A DNA stretch of 63,987 bases, filler included, from Choristocarpus tenellus KU-1152 (Eukaryota; Protista; Phaeophyceae): the NCBI GenBank assembly GCA_964200185.2. It is 10 parts of 10 records of this genome, joined end to end, with 100 filler letters (N's around TTAATTAATTAA, not from the genome) between each part and the next. Parts side by side here need not be neighbours in the genome. Positions count along the whole stretch, not along the records: positions 32,601 to 57,697 come from CAXNAD020000191.1; positions 57,798 to 61,301 come from CAXNAD020019576.1; positions 61,402 to 63,987 come from CAXNAD020026518.1; 7 more parts are not named here. One strand, given 5' to 3'. Under the pieces are notes generated by a model, which was not told the origin of the DNA, did not search any database, and worked only from the letters and a program-made list of their open reading frames with translations. Positions 55,001 through 63,987 of this stretch are shown here, one piece after another (within the stretch, counting starts at the first letter, position 1; every line of letters begins with the position of its first letter). The translations under genes and the position numbers were made by a program.

Positions 55001-57223
55001 ACCCTAATGTTTTTGTTGTAAGGAGTGCTGAACTGTAGCTATCAACAATAGTTAAGAGGACTGTTAATAGTCTTCAATGTATAGTTATACAGCATTAACA
55101 TTAAAATTAATTTTAGTTACACACTTGTGAGGGTTAGGGTTACAGAAATTGGAGGTGATACTGTACACTACTATGTAATATCTGTAGTGATACTATTGTT
55201 AAATTGGAGGACGCTTTTGGGGGTAGACTTTGAAGCAGGTGTCTCTTTTGTAGGTTTGAGTTTGAGTTGCATGGCTTTTATGGTGTTTTATGGTGCAAAC
55301 CCCTGTCAGGGTGTTTTTGTTTTTTATGTCATAAAAAGAAAAAGGCGTCTTTTATGTCAGAAAAAAGGTAGACAACAATTAGCACCATGTCTTACATCCT
55401 TGGTGTTGGTGTAAACTGTATAAATGTTGAATATATCTTGATTTCACAATAGGGTACCCTAACAGTGTTGTCAAGGTGTCCATGAAGTATGATTATTAGA
55501 AATGGTTAGAACCCACATAGATGATATGGGTTGTTCATCTCCAAGGGGTCACAATATGACATACCAACATCAAACCAGAGACTAACATTAAGAATGTGGT
55601 ATAGTTAATAGTTTAGGTGAGGTTTAGGGTAAAAGGCTAAGTTCCCTAAATTAAATTGAGAAAATGTATGTATTTGGTGTAAGATGGTATTGGCGGGTTA
55701 TACATTGATGGTATACATTATAGAGTGATGGTAATGATGAGCCATGTGATACATATTGACCTAGAGAACAAGTAATAATAAATAATCCACTCTGGTTGGT
55801 TGGGTGGGGGGTGGGTGGGTAGGTGTAATCCTGACAGGCTACTGGGATTATTTTCTCCTCACTGTTTTTAGACTGCCTAGTTGATACTTCTTAGGGTTAG
55901 GGTTAGGGGTTACTCAAATAGTGTAAGAAGCACATATGAATTTAATAGTGTCAATGGTGGATAGGTGTGTTGGATTGATTTGGATTATTTGGTTCTGTCT
56001 TTATCTCCCACTCAACAGCATATGCAAAATACCAGTGGGCACTTGATAATTGAGATAGGAATTAATAATTGTAGAATTGTACATGAGGTTCAGAACACAC
56101 AGAGTAGATAGATAGGTGAAATAAGATATTTACTCTCACTGCTGTCCTTTTCACAGAGGTAACTAGAATTGTTATCTTTCTATAGAAACAACCCATGTGA
56201 TGCCATGTAATGCCATGCAATGCCAAGTCCTTAGGATGGGGTGATACCAAAAGTTTGTTAACTATTTCTCTTCTAACCCTAACCCCAACAACAATCACAA
56301 GGAGTTAGTTATCTGTTCATAGAAGTAAGAATCGAATTTGATTTCACCTGGTATGGGTGCATATTGTATTTATAAGAATCAAAGATATATTAGTTAGTAT
56401 GACTTGTACATTCTGATTCATGCAAATTGTTATGCTGTTATACTATTATGTTATAGTTCTGTTAACACTATGTTATGATACTATGACAATGATGTGACTG
56501 TGGATGATGTCAGCTATGCTACAATCGAGTTGTGATACTTGTTACTATACTAGAGGAAGTGCAATATCTTAGGGAAGTAAAGGTAAAGGAGTTTGTTGCG
56601 CTTGACTTGTCAGCGGTATCTGGTGTGTACTCTCTACTCCTCCGGTATCTATCTGATCTAATTTGTTGTGTATATGATGTTACATGTAATGTGTAATATG
56701 TTGTAGTATTGTAGCACAACCAAGTATATCATCTGTCATCTATCATGTGTTGTACAGGGCAGTTGAGAGTAGTGGTAGACTATCAAGAAGAGTGTGGTTT
56801 TGTCATCATTGGGGTATGTTGTGAGGGTTAGGGTTACATAAAGAGGAAAATCAGCCTGTGAAAAATTTATTACTGTATTGATGTATTGGGGTTTGTAGTG
56901 GAGCTCTTTTCATGGCACAACAGATGTCTCTCTCTCTGTTACTATTTATACCTTAATTTGTTCTAGTAATAATTGTAAATGTATTCCTTTACCATGCCTT
57001 GCCTACCTTGAAAGTTGTTTGTTGTTCATATCCATGGCTATCACCATATATTAGCAATATAGTGACATGTGTCTTATCTTTTCTTTTTCAATTTTGTGAT
57101 TCACAGGTACCAGGTGCTCAAACTGTCTCATATTCTGCTCCAATGGCTGCTGCCCTTGTGTCATCAGTCTTGTCCTACCTGGCCTCACATATCCCACATG
57201 GTATGAAGTCCTTTGAAATATGA
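45216..57223 (+). CDS. COQ9: Ubiquinone biosynthesis protein COQ9, mitochondrial; 10 exons (3' end uncertain)
   Basis: Exons 45216-45372, 45450-45717, 46208-46249, 47613-47694, 48880-49020, 50514-50670, 52993-53038, 54133-54190, 54881-54979 and 57107-57199/57223; phases consistent. R-rich transit peptide; motifs ILDAALAH..HGF, GMFSRGAIELVEH, IRVRL..ITPYISHWP, GDRSTDLEWYSKR, EMFMITDTS..F.DTW.FLDRRLED. Confidence 0.92.
49050..49095. repeat. (ACAT)n/(AC)n microsatellite
   Basis: Directly visible. Confidence 0.9.
54496..54740. repeat. Minisatellite with alternating 47/48-bp units (about 5 units)
   Basis: TGGTATTGTATTAGGTACT at 54521, 54568, 54616, 54663 and 54711. Confidence 0.9.
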
Positions 57224-57500
57224 ATATTCTCATTCAGTCACACGACCATTTTTTTGTCTGCAACTGTTAGTTAGGGTTAGGGTTAGTGGTGTTAGTTAGT
57301 GACTTTGGATGGTATGGAAAATCTATTGTAGAGGGTTGTGGAGGGTTGAGTAATGAGACATGCACACTTTTTTTCAGTTTTTGAGAGGTGTCTCACAGCG
57401 ATGTTGTAAATGGTGTTCATATATTGTTTGAAGGCATACATGTTGAAGTAGACTTTCCTTGTGTTGCCCTTTTTGGGGAGTTCGACATCAGTAGGCATAT

Positions 57501-57681
57501 GGGTCAAAAGTATCTGGGGGGGGTGGCGGCTGTCCATTTGGTGGCCCATTTTTCCATGTTGCGATGTTTGTGTGATTTGGTTGCCTTTGTCAGATGGATA
57601 ATGTAACTTCACTTCTCCTGGTCAGGGCCCAAATGGACACCCTGGTATAGAACCCCACCCCCCCCCCCAGATACTTTGATG
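57501..57681 (-). mobile_element. MITE family B
   Basis: GGGTCAAAAGTATCT...AGATACTTTGATG; probable 3-bp TSD TAT. Confidence 0.85.
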
Positions 57682-57797
57682 TATACGTTATGAGAAGNNN
57701 NNNNNNNNNNNNNNNNNNNNNNNNNNNNNNNNNNNNNNNNNTTAATTAATTAANNNNNNNNNNNNNNNNNNNNNNNNNNNNNNNNNNNNNNNNNNNN

Positions 57798-59333
57798 CTG
57801 TGGCGGGAGGAGAGGGAACGAGTGATGTGGGATTGGGGGCAGGTGTGGTTAATGGGGGTCAGGCGGGGGGTACTACAGGTGCTGAGGTTAGGGTTAGGGC
57901 TGAGGTCTCGGTTGGGGCAGGGGCAAGGGTGATGACAGAGCCGCTGCTGTTTGTGTTTGAGGGGAGTCAGCTCTGTGCTGTTATGCACCAGCATGGGATT
58001 AACCTGCGCTACCTTCCGTTGGTGAGTGTTTGGGGTCTTGAGTGACGGTGCCATTATTGGGGGGGGGAGGAGGGGGGAGGGGAAGAGAGGAAGGAGAAGC
58101 ATGTATTAGTAGAGATTTTATCGTTTTAACTAGGAGAAATAGTTTATGCTATGGAGAGAACCAGGTGTTGTGTAAAAGTGCGTTTTGTGCTTGACTTGCC
58201 CTGCAATAGGATTAGTTACACACAACTTGTAGCTTGCAGCTGCTGAGTCCTGAATGTAGATTATGCTGCTATTAATAGTGATGTATCCTTCACATCTCTG
58301 AGCCTGTAACAAGTGCAACACATCGGTTGCTCTTTGCTAGTGGATTGAATTCTTGGTACTTTTGTTTTTGAAGTGCTGTTCTAAGATGAACCCCTTCTCA
58401 GCACAGTGCTCTTGAGCTCTATTATAGTGATGATGGTTGTGGTCACTCCTTTCAACTGCTGCTGTACTACAAAGTTACATAGTGTATAGATGAAGTCACC
58501 TTTTCGTATTGAAAAGTCGCTGAATAGACTCCTGTAAAAGCAGAAGAAAACCGCCTTCCAATATTTTTTTGCACCACACCACACCACACCACACCACATC
58601 ACATCACATCACATCACATCACATCACATCACACCGCATCACATCACATCACATCACATCACATCACACCACATCACATCACATCACATCACACCACATC
58701 ACATCACATCACATCACATCACATCTCCATTTATGTATTGAAACATAAAGCTTACTTACTTCCTCTCCAATCTTGTCGTCGTCGTCGTCCCCCCCCGCCG
58801 CCCATTCCCATCCTCGCCCCCTCCTCCTCTCCCCTTTCCCTTGTCCTGGCTCACACTGCCTGCTCCCAACCTTACACCATGCTTAACCATTCCGAAAGCT
58901 ACGCAATTGGCTGCCCCTTGAGCAGCAGGGGCTCCGACACCTGGTGAGCGCTGAGATCATTGCTCGAACTGCCAAGCACGTTCTTTGCTGCCGTCTGAGG
59001 GATGCCTGTATGGTGGAAGACAATCGGTCTTTTCATTGTCCCCGATTGCTCCCAGAGTGGCCCACACAACGCCCAACCCCTCTTCCTCATCGTCGAACTA
59101 GTTCCTCCCCTGAGTGGGGAACCGTGGGCCGACCCACAACGCCTTCCTTGTCTGGCTCGGAGAATCTTCTGTCCTTCAATGAAGTTACTGGATCGGAGTT
59201 TATACGAGGCGGGAAGGCGGGAGGTTGGAATGACCGAGCAGGGGGGGGGGGGGGGGAAGGGGGTTGGGGTGGGGGGGGGGGGGAGGGGTTTGGGGGGTGG
59301 GGGGGGGGTGGGGGCCCGGGGGGNNNNNNNNNN

Positions 59334-59380
<47 letters not shown>

Positions 59381-60572
59381 AAGGTGTTTGGCTTGATGGT
59401 AGAGGGAAGGGATTTGCGGGTTCAGGGGGGACTGCGGCACCGAGGGTGGAACTTGGAACTGGGATGGTACCAAGACCTGGACTGGGACTGATGGCAAGGG
59501 AGATAGGGACTGGGGTAGAGGCTGACGAGGGGGGACAGGGGGTGGGATTGGGAGGGGATATGCCGTTGTCACATGGGAGTCAGCGATCTTTGCTCTCTGC
59601 TGACCGTTCGAAGGTGATTGAGGATACTCTGGGGAGGGGAGGGGAGGGGGAAGTGCATTGCAGCCATCTTGCTTTTGTGACTTGGTTGTATGTAGTAGCT
59701 CAGTACCTGGTGTTGTGGTCAAAGGATTATGCTTTTGTGTTTTTGATCTCTTTCCTGACTTTTCATAGAACTATTACAGAAATGATTTTTTGGCGTCAAA
59801 TATGTGCTCTGTAACCTGTGTTCCCGAGTGCATGTTTAGTTTCCCCTCTACATTTTTTCACTCAAATGCCCCCATACCCCCACAATTGAGCCATTCACAA
59901 AATATGAGAAATCGCAGTACCCTTGTTTATCTGCAACCCATGTCATCGAGCATGTGCTCCCACACACAAGGACACTGGGCAGTGTTGTGCAAGTAGACTC
60001 CATGATCTTTGTCCACATCTCACTACCAATATACGCAGATCAGCACTTACTCATGAACCTTGCACGAACCTCAGACACATCTAAAATATTCTAGGGTTCT
60101 CCTTTACCCCCCCCCCCCCCCCCCCCCCCCCTCCCCCCCCCCCCCCCCCCCTCCCCCCCCCCCCCCCCCTCCCCCGCCGTCCCCNNNNNNNNNNCCCTTG
60201 AACCTCCCACCCCCCCCCACACCCCCAACAAATTTTTAGTGTTTCTCTTTCCCCCCCCCCCCCCCCCCCCCCCCCGCCTTTCCCCACATGACCACCTCAG
60301 AGCAAATCTCTGAGGTTGGAGGATCGGTTACGAGAGATATCACTGGTGCTTTTTAATGCAGTGCTGTGGGGAGGGCAGCGAGATCCAGACACGGTTCTTG
60401 ATCCCAGTGCCTCACCTGATTTGTACAATGTTAGATCTAGACTGGGCACAGGAGTTGGTGCGGGTGGCAGTGGGGGTGGGGGTGGCAATGGTGGAGTGGT
60501 CGATATCAAGGGCAAGGTTGTGGGTGGGGGGGTTGATTGGGCTGGTGGAACAGGGGCCTTCAAACCTATTCC
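57798..60572 (+). CDS. CLU (clustered-mitochondria-like) central-domain protein, partial (3 exons)
   Basis: Exons <57798-58021, 58899-~59612 and 60301-60572: GSQLCAVMHQHGINLRYLPL|LRNW...LVSAEIIARTAKHVL...|...LFNAVLWG, matching the CLU-central motifs H.xGINxRYL, E.IAR.AKH and F.N..L. Frame is disturbed by poly-G/N runs. Confidence 0.75.
58572..58724. repeat. (CACAC)n/(CACAT)n pentamer microsatellite
   Basis: Directly visible. Confidence 0.92.
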
Positions 60573-61559
60573 GTGAGTGGTATTAAGTGTTGCGAATTTC
60601 TTGTGCTTGTGTGGAAAGTGTTGATGATCGGGGGTGTAGGTGTGGAGTGAAGTGGTTGGGGGGCAGGGGGAGGTTGGGAGGGGGTTGGGGTTGACTGGTG
60701 TCTTGTATTTGGTGCAGTAGTGAAGAGGCAATCAGCAGGTGCATCTGCAAGAGTAGTCAGCTGGCCTGTATTTATCAGGGTCGTATGCGGTTGGACTTTC
60801 ACTGTTAAGTTGGTTTCTGACTGCGAAGGTTGGTTGAACTATGTATGTATTATATATGTATGTATTATGTATGTATTATGTATGTTTGTGTGTAACTGTC
60901 AGATGTGTTGACACGGTCACAACACCCTGCTGTTGTATTTGTCATGGTACCCTAAGAATGGGTTAGGGTTAGGGTTATGGAATTTTGATGTAAGGTTTCG
61001 GCTTTGCCGTAACATCAACGTACGCAAGAAGGTGTGTAGGGTTAGGGTATCGGTTTGTCTTTCTGATTACATTCGACCTCACAGTGAATTCCGCACAGTG
61101 TATTCCGGTCTGCAGTTGGCGTTCTGTTTTTGACAGTTACGATTGTGGTTTGACTTGGCGGTATGGTTGCAATTTGGACTGTTACGGTTCAGTTATGGTT
61201 GGATCTATTTTACCAACAGTTAATATCGATGGCAGTATGACCCTTTCATGGTTATTCACGGAAATAAAATGGGGGTTGAAGAACCCCACGTAAATCCCCC
61301 CNNNNNNNNNNNNNNNNNNNNNNNNNNNNNNNNNNNNNNNNNNNNTTAATTAATTAANNNNNNNNNNNNNNNNNNNNNNNNNNNNNNNNNNNNNNNNNNN
61401 NTCTCGTAACCGTCAAGATATTTCTGGCAAAGCTGCTGCTGTTTTTATGATGCATTCATATTATTTTTGGATGTGTTTGTGTGTTTCCATTGAGACTACC
61501 CTTGTGATGTGTGTGAGGGATGATTCTATTATAATGTTAGCAGATGAGCTTCCTCCAGA

Positions 61560-62530
61560 AACCAAGACTGTAAGAGCAGGAGGTAGCTCTCCCGAATGTG
61601 ATTTGTGGGATTGAGCTCGAGCAGAAGAGATGTCTGATTTGTTGTTGAATAATATTAGGGTGGGGGATGTATTACCCCCTGGATGTGGGGCAATATACGG
61701 AAAATTGATTTTGAGTGAGGTAGTCAGATACAAGGCACATTTGGCAGCAAATGATTTTTCACCGATTGAGGGGTTAGATTACCAAGATACCTTTGCTCCA
61801 ACACCATCACCTGCATCTTTGAGAATGGTTTTAGCACTAGTTGCAGAAAAAGATTGAGAAATTGAAGGACTGGGATGTTAAGCAGGCTTATATAGAAGCA
61901 GAAATTAGTGAAGAAATATTTGTTGATTTATGCGATGGATGTGGTTCATGGTGAGGAAAGATAGTGTGTGTAGTGAAAGCTCTTTACGGCACTAAACAAG
62001 CCAGCAGGGAGTTCATTTATTTGTTGGTGCACATTATGGAACATTTTGGTTTTGAGCATCCCTGTGTGTTACGCTATTTTTGAAATGGCGCTGTTTGTGC
62101 TGTAATAGTCCCTCATGTTGACGATCTTATGGTGGCAGGAATACCTGATGTTTTGATTTGGGTTCCAGGAACAAGGAGCAGCTTTCAGGAGAAGTTTTTG
62201 TGTCCTTAAATACTACATAGGTTGTGAGATATCGCATCACAGAATTGCAAAGACAGTTAGTATTGTTCAGACTAAGTACATTAGACATTAGGGGGATTTG
62301 TCAAGGATGGTGCAAAGAAGAGGGCGATACTCCATGATCGCTCAAGGACCTTAGACAAGAATGAGGATCATCCAAGTGTAAATGAGAATATCCCATACAG
62401 AGAGGTAGTTGGTAGTTTGATGTTGGCAGCTGTCATGACCAGGCCAGACATTGCAAATGCAGTTCATGAGGTTGCCAAGTACAGTAGTAATCCCAAAGTC
62501 ACACATTGGGATGCAGTAAAGTATATTTAG
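61560..62530 (+). mobile_element. Degenerate Ty1/Copia reverse transcriptase
   Basis: RYKAHLAA..FS.IEGLDYQDTFAPTP, WDVKQAY, KALYGTKQASR, HVDDL and PYREVVGSLMLAAVMTRPDIANAV, with stops and frameshifts. Confidence 0.9.
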
Positions 62531-63640
62531 CATGTTTATATACGTGTCCAAGTGTTCGATTGATTTTTGGTGACCCTTTCCTGGGTGAACCTTCAACATC
62601 CATCATATGGTCCAAATTTAGAGCCCGTAAGAAAGAGAAATGATGATATCCCCATGTTGGTTAAAGATGAAGAGGCGTAGGTCATAGCCCAGTGGACGTT
62701 TTTGTCTGAACCAATTTCGCATGCCAGAGGCATGGACCTGAACTCGAGCGTACACTTTATGGAACTATCTGATCTGTGCAGCGGCTAATGAAACAGATGA
62801 TTGGGAAAATTATTGTACATCTTCTGCACTGTATCAATAAAGAGATATTCATCATCTGAATCAACCAAGATACGTAAGGGCTAGGGTATCAACAGGTTGT
62901 TCGCTATCTCTACATTATATACGAATGTTTGAAAAATCAGAATTTCTTATGAAGAACGAACTGCTTGCTATTTATTTTAAATATTCGTGAGTGTAACCAG
63001 AAGGGTGTGATATATTTCCTACATAGGTGTTTCCTGGTGCTGCTTGTAGTAAGTGTAGAGGGTTGAGAACAATAACCAGATATAGTGCAAAAGATATTTT
63101 GAGGAGTATCACTTGAATACATCGCTCACCATTATCTTTGTATGATGTATTATGTACATCCCACACCAAATCAAAACGAAGTTCATAGTGTACAATTTAG
63201 ACTGGTAGTCCATATGGGATACAGGTGTTTAGTGACCACTACCAGACAACAGGAATGTCGACTAAGTGGAACAAGTGTCATTGATTTATTTCATTTGCTT
63301 TGGGTAATAAGTTCGAATCTTTTATGATTGAATTCCTCTTACCTGATATAAAAGGATTGATAGAGGATTACTGACATACATAGTGCTAGCTACACAGGAT
63401 AAGTGACATAGTACGACCAACGGCAGGACACCTTTTGATGCGTCAGCTGCTATGCCAACTGATGTGTGCAATAAGAAAATAAGAAAGAGCACCCCACCTC
63501 AAGGGATCCCACCTCAAGGGATAGTGCTCACTCCGCAAGTAAGTACATCCATACAACACAATGCAAAGACTCTATTGGAATATCTTCCTTTTTGCATAGT
63601 ACGTTAGGAGCCTCAAACGATTCCCCTTTGCAAGGGAATA

Positions 63641-63987
63641 GGGTATAAGCCTCATTGGTATGTACGCTGACTCCCGTATACTGCCACTATGGAGTCGAGC
63701 ACGGGGGCATACTCGGGAGAAGTGGGCAGAATGGCGGATAGCGCTGGTGAGCTATGTGGGCGACAAGAGACTGTACTGCATCCTAAAATCAGCATACCAC
63801 ATTCCTGCACCTCCCACAGCTGATACATCATTCGAGGAACGCTGCGCGTACGATGAATGCGTCAGACATCGAGAAGCCTTGTGGTTCCTACTGGGACAGA
63901 CCACAAGGGGTGCTGCAGCTATGGTGGTCAGCTTGTATGGTCAACACGTACGAGAGGAGGCAGCCCCGACAGGAGGGCAGCCTGTCT
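63641..63987 (+). mobile_element. Probable start of a Copia gag ORF (ATG 63660, open to window end)
   Basis: MYADSRILPLW...EKWAEWRIALVSYV...EALWFLLGQTTRGAAAMVV is Copia gag-like; preceded by GGGTATAAGCC, resembling the Copia GGTTATGGGCC-type PBS. Confidence 0.55.

Noticed and set aside
57107-58021. COQ9-CLU fusion gene
   Set aside because: The junction is an artificial linker and the CLU contig starts mid-exon.

Overview
Eukaryotic, intron-rich genomic DNA, most likely from a brown alga or close ochrophyte relative (inferred from a brown-algal-type mannitol-1-phosphate dehydrogenase, a bipartite plastid-targeting exon and TTAGGG telomere-type tracts). The window is 10 contigs joined by artificial 100-bp N44-TTAATTAATTAA-N44 linkers, so adjacency across gaps is untrustworthy. 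Genes spliced by hand: a complete 15-exon M1PDH (minus strand) head-to-head with a 10-exon COQ9, two exons of a mannose-6-phosphate isomerase, three exons of a CLU-domain gene, and a plastid-targeted first exon. The rest is TE-rich: about 17 copies or fragments of a MITE group sharing an AAAGTATCT terminal core, an RTE-type LINE relic and Ty1/Copia relics. The most unusual element is at 1-6222: a spliced (7+ exon) gene encoding a ParB/Srx-like DGNHR domain, a putative HTH, an acidic tract and a PHD-like zinc finger. It carries two premature stops and has an upstream array of three 212-bp repeats, each with a long palindrome. All homology calls come from motif recognition by eye; no searches were run.
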